51,157 nt of DNA from a virus (taxonomy: Duplodnaviria; Caudoviricetes). The notes beneath the pieces are model-generated. The model was not told the DNA's origin, ran no database searches, and saw only the letters and a program-made list of their open reading frames with translations. A program made the translations under genes and the position numbers. Location: IMG/VR virus record IMGVR_UViG_3300028920_000091, positions 1-51,157 of that record. The stretch is one strand, 5' to 3'. This document shows, in pieces, positions 1-8,802 of this stretch. How positions within the stretch are numbered: the stretch's first letter is position 1; each line of letters opens with the position of its first letter.

Positions 1-56
1 GTCACCTAAATCACACACGGGCGAATAATACCACCTACCCCCCCTGCTCCACCCCC

Positions 57-85
57 TTATAAAAATCCTCGCACGCCCGTATAAT
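57..85 (+). promoter_or_regulatory. Candidate early promoter (TTATAA-17 nt-TATAAT)
   Basis: Perfect -10 TATAAT at 80-85 and a weak -35 at 57-62, upstream of the first + strand gene. Confidence 0.4.
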
Positions 86-110
86 ACCTCGCCGTTTCGG
101 ACTACTCGCT

Positions 111-154
111 GAACGCAACGCTTGACAGGCGTGTTGCTTGTCAGGTGTGCGTTT
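111..154 (+). other. Leader hairpin
   Basis: Imperfect inverted repeat aacgca..cttgacaggc / gcttgtcagg..tgcgtt. Confidence 0.45.
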
Positions 155-193
155 AACCCATAACACGCACGGGATGTGCGAGGAGGAAGAACA

Positions 194-484
194 ATGGGTA
201 TCACTTACAGACAGATGGCAAGAGGAGCAGGTATGTTGGCGAACCTGAACCCCAAGATAACACTATGGGGCAAGGCGTTCAACAAGGTCTTTGACACCAA
301 AGACAAGTATGCCGAGGTTTTCGGTGGCTCAAGCGTCAATGAACAGGCGTTAGCCAAGTATCTCACGCACACGAAGTCAAAGTCAAAGGTCAATGTGTCG
401 CCGAAAGGCAATGGCGAGCTTATCACTATTGCGAATAACCTGTCGCAGGTCGCAACGCAACTCGCCAATTACGCATCAAGGTAA
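194..484 (+). CDS. Hypothetical early protein
   Basis: ORF with AGGAGG RBS before ATG 194. Confidence 0.8.
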   Translation: MGITYRQMARGAGMLANLNPKITLWGKAFNKVFDTKDKYAEVFGGSSVNEQALAKYLTHTKSKSKVNVSPKGNGELITIANNLSQVATQLANYASR

Positions 485-549
485 ACGCACACGCAAATAA
501 CATGAGGGCATGGCAACACGGCTATGCCCTCTGGGAGGAGGTGAGAACA

Positions 550-723
550 ATGAAACGCAAGGGAACAAATGTAGCCATATACTATCGCTACGGCACAGTA
601 TATAGCTACGCCAATGAGGCAGAACAGAAGGCAACACAGGATAGGTATCGCAACACCAAGGACGAACACAAGCTCAATGTGGTTGAGGACAGGACAATGA
701 TACGCCAGTTGTTCAAGGCATAA
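550..723 (+). CDS. Hypothetical early protein
   Basis: GGAGG RBS before ATG 550 (internal to track ORF 502..723). Confidence 0.7.
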   Translation: MKRKGTNVAIYYRYGTVYSYANEAEQKATQDRYRNTKDEHKLNVVEDRTMIRQLFKA

Positions 724-738
724 CCAACAGGAGGGACA

Positions 739-924
739 ATGCCGAAACCAATAGTTATCTCCATTGAGGATTACCATGGCAACACATTGATGGCGTTTGA
801 AATCAATGACCAGTTGGACATAGGTAAGACTCACCAGTGTGAGATGGCTGATGTGGACTATGACCACCACTTCGGCACAGCCAATAGCATGGTCAGGATA
901 CAATCAACAGTGAGGGAGGGATAA
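739..924 (+). CDS. Hypothetical early protein
   Basis: AGGAGG RBS; stop overlaps the next start (TAATG). Confidence 0.75.
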   Translation: MPKPIVISIEDYHGNTLMAFEINDQLDIGKTHQCEMADVDYDHHFGTANSMVRIQSTVREG

Positions 925-1019
925 TGTGCGAACATTGTAAGCACAGGAACAAGTGCCGTTTCAAGGCATTGATTAAGGGCGTGGTTGTCCACTTTTGCCC
1001 TGACTTCTGTGCCTTCTGA
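924..1019 (+). CDS. Small Cys-rich peptide (MCEHCKHRNKCRF...FCPDFCAF)
   Basis: Read by hand; GGAGG RBS, TAATG coupling, CxxC pattern. Confidence 0.55.
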   Translation: MCEHCKHRNKCRFKALIKGVVVHFCPDFCAF

Positions 1020-1042
1020 TGGCTAACAGAGGGAGGTGTCCA

Positions 1043-1183
1043 ATGAAACCCACATTGGAACAGATGCGTGAACAGATGATACAACAGGTGAGACATGACA
1101 CACCTGAAGTTGTCAAGAAACGCAACCAAGTCGTCAGGTATTTTGATGACACAATGTATGAGGACAAGGAGGAACATGAGTAA
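1043..1183 (+). CDS. Hypothetical protein (46 aa)
   Basis: Read by hand; GGAGGT RBS, fills the gap between neighbours. Confidence 0.6.
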   Translation: MKPTLEQMREQMIQQVRHDTPEVVKKRNQVVRYFDDTMYEDKEEHE

Positions 1184-1379
1184 ACTGAACATGTATGGGC
1201 ATGACATTGTTGTGTCCAAGCAAACTCTCATTGACAAGGGTGTGATACAAGAGGCACCCAAGCCCAAGCCAAAGCCAACACCCAAGGTGAGACACCTGAA
1301 CAGCACATGGTATGATGACGCACTTCACAGACGCAATGAGCTGAACAAGAGGAAGCACAAGGGCATCAGAGTTTATTAA
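1176..1379 (+). CDS. Hypothetical basic protein
   Basis: AAGGAGG RBS before ATG 1176. Confidence 0.7.
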   Translation: MSKLNMYGHDIVVSKQTLIDKGVIQEAPKPKPKPTPKVRHLNSTWYDDALHRRNELNKRKHKGIRVY

Positions 1380-1398
1380 CCAAAGGAGGACAAATGAA

Positions 1399-1689
1399 GT
1401 GAGCATATGTTCAGAGTGTGGCAAACATATCCATGAGTGTGCCTCATGCCCTGTTATAATGAGGAGCATGTCATGGAAGGTGGCGAAGGACTTGAACTCA
1501 CACCCACGCAAGGTGGAGCGATATAATCCCACGCCACAAGGAACACACAGGTTCAAGGCATACTGCCCTGTGTGTGGGCAATACCAGTATGCGTTGACAG
1601 ATGACGGCTCATTGGACATAGTGTTCGGTGAGCCATACTACTGTGGAAACCCAGCATGTAATGCGTTGCTTGATAATGGCGTAGAGTAG
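1399..1689 (+). CDS. Zinc-ribbon protein
   Basis: CSEC, CASC, CPVC and CGNPAC motifs. Confidence 0.7.
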   Translation: MSICSECGKHIHECASCPVIMRSMSWKVAKDLNSHPRKVERYNPTPQGTHRFKAYCPVCGQYQYALTDDGSLDIVFGEPYYCGNPACNALLDNGVE

Positions 1690-1697
1690 GAGGAACA

Positions 1698-1862
1698 ATG
1701 AAAGAGGACATCTGTAAACTGTGCGAATACTACAACAAGAGGACTGGCTACTGTGAGTCAGACTTGGATGACAGAGTTCCTATCCAAAATGTGTGTCAAT
1801 GTGGTGAGGCAGACAAGATAGTGGATAATCTCCACACCTTTGAAAACCTTGACCCAAAATAA
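1698..1862 (+). CDS. Small Cys-rich protein (54 aa)
   Basis: Read by hand; AGGAGG RBS, CKLC...C...CQC. Confidence 0.6.
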   Translation: MKEDICKLCEYYNKRTGYCESDLDDRVPIQNVCQCGEADKIVDNLHTFENLDPK

Positions 1863-1882
1863 CAACCAAACAAGGAGGATAC

Positions 1883-2410
1883 ATGAACAACACAAAGGCA
1901 AATCTCAATGACCTTAAGGTAAACCCCAAGCTCAAGCTCACTGAAGCACGGAGAAAGGCTTTCGTTAAGATACTTGAGGACGAGTTCGTCAACCAGACCA
2001 CAGCCCTCAATGCCAACCTCAAGGAGGCACAGGAGAAGGTCATCATCCAATGGAAGAAGGACACCAACTGGCACAGGCTGGTCAAGGATTACAAGACAGC
2101 CCAAGCCAAACTGGATTTGGCTGCGAAAGCATTGGAAGAAACAGGGTTGGACTCAACAGGGAGCAAACTCAACTACTCAAGGCGTGATAAAGCACAGGAG
2201 AGCATCAACAAACTGGACGAGAAGATAGACAGGGCAACAACTGCCCTGCGTATACCCCACAACATCAAGAACAAGCTGATAACCAAGCTCAACATGTGTG
2301 AGTATATGGGTGAAGCACAGGTGATACTCACCCATGTGTTGGGTAATGGTATCCTGCCACAAGTGGAGAAGAAAGACCTGCTCATGTTGACAGATGAAAG
2401 GAAGGGCTAA
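1883..2410 (+). CDS. Hypothetical coiled-coil protein
   Basis: 175-aa ORF with AAGGAGG RBS. Confidence 0.85.
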   Translation: MNNTKANLNDLKVNPKLKLTEARRKAFVKILEDEFVNQTTALNANLKEAQEKVIIQWKKDTNWHRLVKDYKTAQAKLDLAAKALEETGLDSTGSKLNYSRRDKAQESINKLDEKIDRATTALRIPHNIKNKLITKLNMCEYMGEAQVILTHVLGNGILPQVEKKDLLMLTDERKG

Positions 2411-2619
2411 TGATAGTCTACACAGTCTACCCAATGGAGATAACTGGAGCGTGTGAAGAAGGGTGTGAAGGCAAACTGGAAGGGCGAGTAGCATACACAA
2501 CAGGGACATACTTCAAGTCAATGGAAGATGCTGTTCAGTATATCAAGGACAACTGTGATGTTGAAGATGGTTGTGTTGATTACTGTATAACACTTGAGTG
2601 GTGTCCAGAGGAGGGATAA
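2410..2619 (+). CDS. Hypothetical acidic protein
   Basis: Translationally coupled ORF (TAATG at both ends). Confidence 0.7.
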   Translation: MIVYTVYPMEITGACEEGCEGKLEGRVAYTTGTYFKSMEDAVQYIKDNCDVEDGCVDYCITLEWCPEEG

Positions 2620-2765
2620 TGACACAGATACTGATAGTGTTGGGTCTTGTCCTATGTATAGGCGTGATGTGCTTCATCATAGGATACCAGGTAGGTTGGA
2701 ATAGCTCCGTGAAGTTCACGGAGCATTACATTGACAAACTGTGGAACCAATGGGAGGTAGAATGA
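2619..2765 (+). CDS. Small single-pass membrane protein
   Basis: Read by hand: MTQILIVLGLVLCIGVMCFIIGYQVGW...; GGAGG RBS. Confidence 0.6.
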   Translation: MTQILIVLGLVLCIGVMCFIIGYQVGWNSSVKFTEHYIDKLWNQWEVE

Positions 2766-2766
2766 T

Positions 2767-2937
2767 ATGCCAGAATTATTAAGAACACTGACGGACATCT
2801 ACGACACGCTATACAGGGTGGCCATGTTCCTTGCAAGGCTGACAAGATACCTTGATAGGCACGACATCTTCACACAAGAGGAGACGAAGAACCTGTATGA
2901 GTTGTTGGAAAAGATACCTGATGGGAAGGAGGGATAA
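2767..2937 (+). CDS. Hypothetical protein (56 aa)
   Basis: Read by hand; GGAGGT RBS, TAATG coupling to the next gene. Confidence 0.55.
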   Translation: MPELLRTLTDIYDTLYRVAMFLARLTRYLDRHDIFTQEETKNLYELLEKIPDGKEG

Positions 2938-3191
2938 TGCCAAGGATACTGGACACAATAGGCAAATACAACATAGTTGAAGGCAACGATGGCGTTCTGT
3001 ATTGCACATGTCCAGCATGGAAGTTCAGCAAGGACAAACCCAAGACATGTAAGCACCTGACAAGCTACCTGCGTAGGCAACAGACCATGCTTGGTGATGA
3101 TGAGCATGTGCCAACACTGATAGTAAGCGATACCAAACTGGACAAGCTAATAGACAGGGCGATACATCAACTGAAAGGACGGGAACAATGA
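2937..3191 (+). CDS. SWIM zinc-finger protein
   Basis: YCTCPAWKF...TCKHL matches the SWIM CxC-n-CxH signature. Confidence 0.8.
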   Translation: MPRILDTIGKYNIVEGNDGVLYCTCPAWKFSKDKPKTCKHLTSYLRRQQTMLGDDEHVPTLIVSDTKLDKLIDRAIHQLKGREQ

Positions 3192-3230
3192 CAAGAACAG
3201 AAATGCTACGAGCAAAAGCAAAGGAGGAAC

Positions 3231-3575
3231 ATGCCAACACCTGTAGTTAGAGTGGAACACATGCACCTTGTCAATGGGACAGGTGTAACCAAAGCGTTCT
3301 GTGATTTGGTGATACTGGATACCTTCGTAGTCAAGGGACTACGCATAGTGAACGGCAAACACGGGCTGTTCCTGTCCATGCCAACACAGAAATCAAAGGA
3401 CGGCAAGTGGTATGAAACTTTCTATCCCACAAGCAAGGAGATGAGGAAGGGACTACAAAGCCTTGTCCTTGAGGCGTATGAGTTGGAGATGGAACAAGTG
3501 AAAGTGGTGCCGGAACAGGAACAAGTAGCATCAAAACAACTGAAGATACCCAACAACATGAATAATCTACATTGA
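3231..3575 (+). CDS. spoVG: SpoVG-family nucleic-acid-binding protein
   Basis: KAFCDLVILDTFVVKGLRIVNGKHGLFLSMP..KDGKWYETFYP is a typical SpoVG signature. Confidence 0.9.
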   Translation: MPTPVVRVEHMHLVNGTGVTKAFCDLVILDTFVVKGLRIVNGKHGLFLSMPTQKSKDGKWYETFYPTSKEMRKGLQSLVLEAYELEMEQVKVVPEQEQVASKQLKIPNNMNNLH

Positions 3576-3609
3576 AAGAGTGTTGAAACTAAAGAGAGGA
3601 GGTGATATA

Positions 3610-4476
3610 ATGAACATAGCTCCAAGACTGGAAATGAAAACCAAGGACAAGGATGTGCGGTTTCCTGCCGTAGTTGAGCCGAAGTATGACGGCGAGTTCA
3701 ATGTCTACTTCAACGGCAAGCTCATCAACAGACACGGAAGGGTGAGGGCCAACACTGCTATCACGGATACGCTCCTAAGTATATTCGGCAGTGACTGTGT
3801 GCTGTATGGCGAGCTTATCAAAGAGGGTGGTCAAGCAGGTGACATCTTCAAGCTCAACAGCGATAAGGATAATCCCACATGCTACATGGTCTTTGATGTG
3901 TTGCATTACCAAGGCGAGGACCTCACAAAGCATCCGCTGATGGAACGGAAAACACTGCTGTCTCAGATATGGGACACTCTGCCCGACGGGGCGGTCTGGA
4001 ACACATGCACGGGTGACTTCAATGTGGATATTGTCCTCGGAACCAAGGTGCATACACATCAAGAACTATGGCGTGAATATCAACAGGCTACCAAGTCAGG
4101 ATACGAGGGTGTGGTTGTAAAGCCACTCAATAGTGTGCTACCTGTGACATCATGGGTTAAGCTCAAGACTGAGTTCACCTCAGACCTCAGGGTCTATAAG
4201 GTGTGCCAAGACCAAGAGCGGATAGAGGTAGAGCATGATGTATACAATGAGGCAGGTGACTACCTGTTCAATGTGGTAACTGGCGTGAAGTGTGTTGATA
4301 AATACAAGAAGGACATCAAGGTGGGTGACATCGTTGAGGTTAAGTATAATCAGATACTGGGTAGTGGGTCATTGAGACACCCAGTGTATGTGCGTAAGCG
4401 TGATGACAAAACAAGAGGGGACAGCATAACTGTCCGCAGAGGAGGTGACGAGAGTGAAGACGAGCAAAGTGAGTGA
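3610..4476 (+). CDS. ATP-dependent DNA ligase (minimal: adenylation plus OB domain)
   Basis: Motif I EPKYDG, LYGEL, VFDVL, EGVVVK, WVKLK and C-terminal SLRHPVYVRKRDDK; GGAGGTGA RBS. Confidence 0.92.
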   Translation: MNIAPRLEMKTKDKDVRFPAVVEPKYDGEFNVYFNGKLINRHGRVRANTAITDTLLSIFGSDCVLYGELIKEGGQAGDIFKLNSDKDNPTCYMVFDVLHYQGEDLTKHPLMERKTLLSQIWDTLPDGAVWNTCTGDFNVDIVLGTKVHTHQELWREYQQATKSGYEGVVVKPLNSVLPVTSWVKLKTEFTSDLRVYKVCQDQERIEVEHDVYNEAGDYLFNVVTGVKCVDKYKKDIKVGDIVEVKYNQILGSGSLRHPVYVRKRDDKTRGDSITVRRGGDESEDEQSE

Positions 4477-5806
4477 CCAGACACTGCGTGAAATGCGTGA
4501 TACCTTAAAGCCACACAGGCAGAACAGCAAGTGGATAGCACACCAGTTGCTATCACAGAGAGGGCAAAAGCTACATCACAGCACGATAAGGCAGAGGTTC
4601 ATTGACATGGGTGAACCACTGGGAGGCAAGAAGACGACACCAAAACCAACACCACAAGGAGGAGGAAACATGAGCAAAGGAACCTTCAAGTTCAAGAAGG
4701 GCGATAAGCTAATCATATCGCACACCTTGCCTGATGATGACACTGTATTACCCGGCATCAATGACGAGATGAGGCAGATGAAGGGCAGGTCAGTGACCAT
4801 ATCGGACATGGTAGATGACAGCAGAGGCAGGATATACTCTGTTGAGGAGTGTGAGTGGGCGTGGCTTGAGGACTGGCTTGAGGTGAAGAAGACCAAGACG
4901 AAGCGTGAGATAGAGGTGAACGCTGACCCGGTAAACCCAGAGTTGGAACAGTTCATACCCAAAGCTGAGGTGTTCGCACACTATGTGGAGAGGGGTGTAG
5001 ATGACAGGCTCGCTACTCACTTGGACCTTCAGGCATCAGGCAAGGGCAACAAGTATCCACTGTTGCAGGGTAAGCAGGGAACAGGGAAGACCATGGCACC
5101 GCAGTATTACGCACACAAGAGGGGGCTTCCTCACTTCCTGTTCTCCTGTTACGAGGACTTCAAGTTACCCAAACTGTTCGGTGATAAGACAATACGAGAG
5201 GGTAACATAGAGTTCATTGAGTCGCTGTTCGTCAAGGCGATACAGGGGCCGTGCGTTATAACCTTTGATGAAATCAATGCGATAAGTCAGCCCAATACCT
5301 ATGACTTCCATGCATTGACAGCCAACAGGGAGCTGTTCATCAAGGATGCTGACAACGGGAACGGCAAGGTGTATAAGTTGCACCCCGGCTGTCGCATATG
5401 CTTTGCTCAGAACCCAAAGAGCAAGAAGTATATCGGCGGTAATGTGAGAGCGAGCAACTTCCTTGGCCGTTGCACTTACATCAGCTACCCGGAGTTCACA
5501 ACCAAGGAGCTTGACAGCATACTTGAGAAGGCACACCCCGACATGACACCGGCAGAGAGGTCACTGTTCGTCAAGTATTACGAGGCTGTGAACAAGACGA
5601 TAGACAAGAGCGAGTTGCCTGTTGACATCAGCATAAGACAGCTCCACAACATGATAGACCTGTGGATGGCAGGCTTCTCACTGCACGAAGCGATAGAGGA
5701 CGGCATGGCTTCGGTTACTGAAGCGATAAGCCAGCCGTCAGCAAAGGAACCGTTGATGACACTGGCCAAGGGTGTGTGGTCAGACCTCAATGAAAGGAGA
5801 GTGTAA
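4454..5806 (+). CDS. MoxR/CobS-like AAA+ ATPase with N-terminal extensions
   Basis: Walker A GKQGTGKT, Walker B ITFDEIN, FAQNP sensor and SIRQL. GTG 4454 has GGAGG at good spacing. Confidence 0.88.
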   Translation: MKTSKVSDQTLREMRDTLKPHRQNSKWIAHQLLSQRGQKLHHSTIRQRFIDMGEPLGGKKTTPKPTPQGGGNMSKGTFKFKKGDKLIISHTLPDDDTVLPGINDEMRQMKGRSVTISDMVDDSRGRIYSVEECEWAWLEDWLEVKKTKTKREIEVNADPVNPELEQFIPKAEVFAHYVERGVDDRLATHLDLQASGKGNKYPLLQGKQGTGKTMAPQYYAHKRGLPHFLFSCYEDFKLPKLFGDKTIREGNIEFIESLFVKAIQGPCVITFDEINAISQPNTYDFHALTANRELFIKDADNGNGKVYKLHPGCRICFAQNPKSKKYIGGNVRASNFLGRCTYISYPEFTTKELDSILEKAHPDMTPAERSLFVKYYEAVNKTIDKSELPVDISIRQLHNMIDLWMAGFSLHEAIEDGMASVTEAISQPSAKEPLMTLAKGVWSDLNERRV

Positions 5807-7530
5807 TGGACGCACAAGAAAGGCAAAGGCGTAGGACATTTGACATCATCTCAAAGTTCATGGCTGACAAGAGCAGGGTGAGCCTTGAGATGGTAGAAAA
5901 TGCGATACCTTCATGCAACCCAAAGACAGGACACATCACACTGCCGAGCAACATGAAGACCGAGAACCTTATGGCAGCGTTGGGTCTGCTCGCACATGAG
6001 GCAGGACATATCAGGTTTACCAAGTTTGATTTGTCCAAGGCTGTGCGTAAAGACAGTGACCGGCACATCATCAATGCATGTGAGGATGCACGCATTGACA
6101 AGCAGATGATGGACCTGTTGCCCAACATGCGTGGGTTCTACCAAGAAATGTATGACAGCTTCGCTGAGAAAAGGAAGAAGAAACCAAGCACGGCACCCAT
6201 TGAAGTCAAGATACTTCAGGCCCTCATCAAGAGGAACGAGGGGTTTATGGAGAGTGTGGAGCCTGATGTATACAAGGCCATATCCGGACACAACTTAGAC
6301 CAATACTTCCAAGAAGTGATATACAAACTGTATGACTTGGCCGGCAGCGACACGAAAACCCACAGGCAGGCACTATGGGGTGCCATAGATAACTTCGCCA
6401 AGAGGTTGTTCAAAGCAAAGGAGGAGCATGAACAAGAGCAACAAGCAAAGGGACAAAAAGGAAAATGCAATGGCGGAAATGGCGGTGATGGCAACACTGG
6501 ACAAGGCTCTAACTCCACAAAGGATGCTCAAGGCACTGGCAGCGGGACAGGTGCAGGTGATAAACAAGAGCCTGACAGCGAAGGAGACGATACAGATAGT
6601 GGAAGCGGAGACGGCGATGAGGGAGATGTTCCACAAGGCAATGACAGCGGAGACGGAGGACCCGGCCAGAGCAGGAAGGCAGTCCAAGTCTCGGGCGACG
6701 GCACCTTCAAGGAGAGGCCGAAAGCCAACACCGAACTCAACCTTGACGGCATGGATGAGTATGAAGACGAGAAGCGTGAGCTACTTGAAGCGGACGAAAG
6801 CGTGGCTTATGAGCCTATTACGGAGAACGAACAGATAGCACTGAGAGAGACAACCAAGGTGTGCTTCACGGAGCTGTTGAACATCAAGGAAACCAAGGTC
6901 GTTCCCGAAGGTGAGGTGTTGGATACGGACAACTTGGTAGCGTTCCCCGTAGGTGACATTGATGCTATCTACAAGGACGCAACGCATACCAAGAGGATGA
7001 AGTCAAAGGTGCTGTTGCTGTTGGACTGTTCGGGTAGCATGGAGGAAGAACTCTATGACAAGGTGAGCAGGGAGCAGACAGTGGCAAGCACAGCCAAGTC
7101 CATAATACACATACTTGAGGAGTGCAACCAAGCGTATGGACTGGATGTGACCTATGACCTGCGTGCATTTGGTAACCGATACCACATCTTGAGCAAGGAG
7201 AACTGGGAGCGTGAATACTTCAGGATACCTGACGGCGGCACATCGTTGGAGACGGCCTTCAATGCGTCACTGGAGGAGATGATGAAGGCATGGGATGTGG
7301 ATGGGAACAAGCTCATCCTCACTATCACTGACGGCGAGGTGAACCAGCGAGAGATAGAGGAAGTAAGAAAGAAAATCATAGACAATGCAAGCACAATTAA
7401 AGTCATGGTGGTGGGTGTCGGTGCTTGCCCGGTCGGCCACTTTACCAAGCTGATAACAAGGCACAACATTATCACTGGTGAGATGGCAGACAGGACCATC
7501 ATGGACGCAATAACAGAGATGTTAGACTAA
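5806..7530 (+). CDS. CobT-like protein: HExxH metallopeptidase-like domain, acidic linker, vWA domain
   Basis: HEAGH and NACEDARID motifs, MIDAS LLDCSGSM, GGT and ITDG; coupled to the AAA+ gene. Confidence 0.88.
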   Translation: MDAQERQRRRTFDIISKFMADKSRVSLEMVENAIPSCNPKTGHITLPSNMKTENLMAALGLLAHEAGHIRFTKFDLSKAVRKDSDRHIINACEDARIDKQMMDLLPNMRGFYQEMYDSFAEKRKKKPSTAPIEVKILQALIKRNEGFMESVEPDVYKAISGHNLDQYFQEVIYKLYDLAGSDTKTHRQALWGAIDNFAKRLFKAKEEHEQEQQAKGQKGKCNGGNGGDGNTGQGSNSTKDAQGTGSGTGAGDKQEPDSEGDDTDSGSGDGDEGDVPQGNDSGDGGPGQSRKAVQVSGDGTFKERPKANTELNLDGMDEYEDEKRELLEADESVAYEPITENEQIALRETTKVCFTELLNIKETKVVPEGEVLDTDNLVAFPVGDIDAIYKDATHTKRMKSKVLLLLDCSGSMEEELYDKVSREQTVASTAKSIIHILEECNQAYGLDVTYDLRAFGNRYHILSKENWEREYFRIPDGGTSLETAFNASLEEMMKAWDVDGNKLILTITDGEVNQREIEEVRKKIIDNASTIKVMVVGVGACPVGHFTKLITRHNIITGEMADRTIMDAITEMLD

Positions 7531-7546
7531 CCAAAGGAGGAAGAAG

Positions 7547-8266
7547 ATGGCAAGAGCAACTAACTTGAAGATTATCGCAACGGACGCAGGTGTGGTGTGT
7601 GATGTGAAGATGGAGAACTTGAGCGGGCGTAAGCCGAGGACAGTGGCAGGTGTGCCTATTGAAATCAAAGCGGATGGGTCACCGAAGCTCAAGTATAAGG
7701 ACCATGCCGGCAATGAGCTGTCCTTTACCAACATGCTGAACGGACAGCCCGTGATGACAGATGGCCGTGGCTATGTGGATGAGCATGGCCAGTTGCAGGA
7801 CCCGATACCATACATGGTGTTGGAGGACGGCACGGAACTGGTAGCAGAGCCGAGGCCAAAGACAGAGGTGTATGAGATAAAGGGTTGGATGCCCGAAGGA
7901 ACAGAGAACAGCTATCTGATAGAGAAAGTGTATCAGATAAGGCCATCACAAGGCACATCCAAGAAGGATGTCATCCGGAACCAGACCAAGCATGCCAACA
8001 CCGCAGCCATGAAGAAGTTGTATGACTACATGGTTGAGCATGGCGTGGTAGCCAAGGCAGTGTGCAATGTATCAAGCACAGGCAAGCTTGACTATGTTGG
8101 GTTCCTGAAGGCGGTGGACCTTGGGACACAGTGGACCATGGAGATGGTGATAGCCAAGCAGGAGAAAGAGTATGCTTGGATGGAGGAAAAGAACTTCCAA
8201 GCACAGGCACAGCAACAGCAACAGGCAACCATTAAGAACAACATAAATACAGTGGATGCACTGTAA
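7547..8266 (+). CDS. Putative divergent Ku-like DNA end-binding protein
   Basis: Segments resemble the prokaryotic Ku core in order (MARA..GVVCDVKM; YEIKGWMPE..NSYLIEKVYQIRP; LYDYMVEHGVVAKA). Similarity judged by eye. Confidence 0.5.
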   Translation: MARATNLKIIATDAGVVCDVKMENLSGRKPRTVAGVPIEIKADGSPKLKYKDHAGNELSFTNMLNGQPVMTDGRGYVDEHGQLQDPIPYMVLEDGTELVAEPRPKTEVYEIKGWMPEGTENSYLIEKVYQIRPSQGTSKKDVIRNQTKHANTAAMKKLYDYMVEHGVVAKAVCNVSSTGKLDYVGFLKAVDLGTQWTMEMVIAKQEKEYAWMEEKNFQAQAQQQQQATIKNNINTVDAL

Positions 8267-8276
8267 GGAGGACACA

Positions 8277-8456
8277 ATGAAGAAGACCATATTCAGAAAG
8301 CACGACCCCCAACCACCCATACCTGCGGAGTGTGGGCCACATATGCCATGCTATGTGCGTGACATAGACAGTAAGGACAGGTCATGTGTGCAACCTGCTT
8401 GGAAATGCACAGAGTGTATGAACCGATACAGATTGGAGAAACAAAATGGAGCATGA
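8277..8456 (+). CDS. Small Cys-rich hypothetical protein
   Basis: AAGGAGG RBS before ATG 8277. Confidence 0.65.
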   Translation: MKKTIFRKHDPQPPIPAECGPHMPCYVRDIDSKDRSCVQPAWKCTECMNRYRLEKQNGA

Positions 8457-8802
8457 CAAATATGAGTTCTATGACCAAGACTCACCGGAAGGAAAGGCCG
8501 CATACAAACAGGCCCTCGGCGATGCCTTCCTCACATTGAGTGAGATGCAGAGGGGGGACTCCTTCTATATCATAACCATCAAGAAGGGGTTGTTCTCCAA
8601 GTCGGGGAGGATAATCGGGAAGTGCATGAGCCAAGATGTAGACCAAATGAGGAAGTTGCTTACCCAGTTATCGGATGACCTTTCCAAATCCAACAGCACC
8701 AAGGAAGAATACGATGAGTTCAACAGAATAATGGAGAACTTCTATGACAACGATACCGAACAACCCGACGAGCAAGGACCTCCTGACACGGAAGGAGATT
8801 AA
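8446..8802 (+). CDS. Hypothetical protein
   Basis: 118-aa ORF in operon context. Confidence 0.7.
   Translation: MEHDKYEFYDQDSPEGKAAYKQALGDAFLTLSEMQRGDSFYIITIKKGLFSKSGRIIGKCMSQDVDQMRKLLTQLSDDLSKSNSTKEEYDEFNRIMENFYDNDTEQPDEQGPPDTEGD

Noticed and set aside
122-127. TTGACA as a -35 box
   Set aside because: There is no -10 element at a suitable distance, and the hexamer is one arm of a hairpin.
4454-7530. cobS/cobT as cobalamin-synthesis auxiliary genes
   Set aside because: There is no cobN or other cobalamin gene. Generic MoxR-vWA pairs in phages are commonly mislabelled this way.
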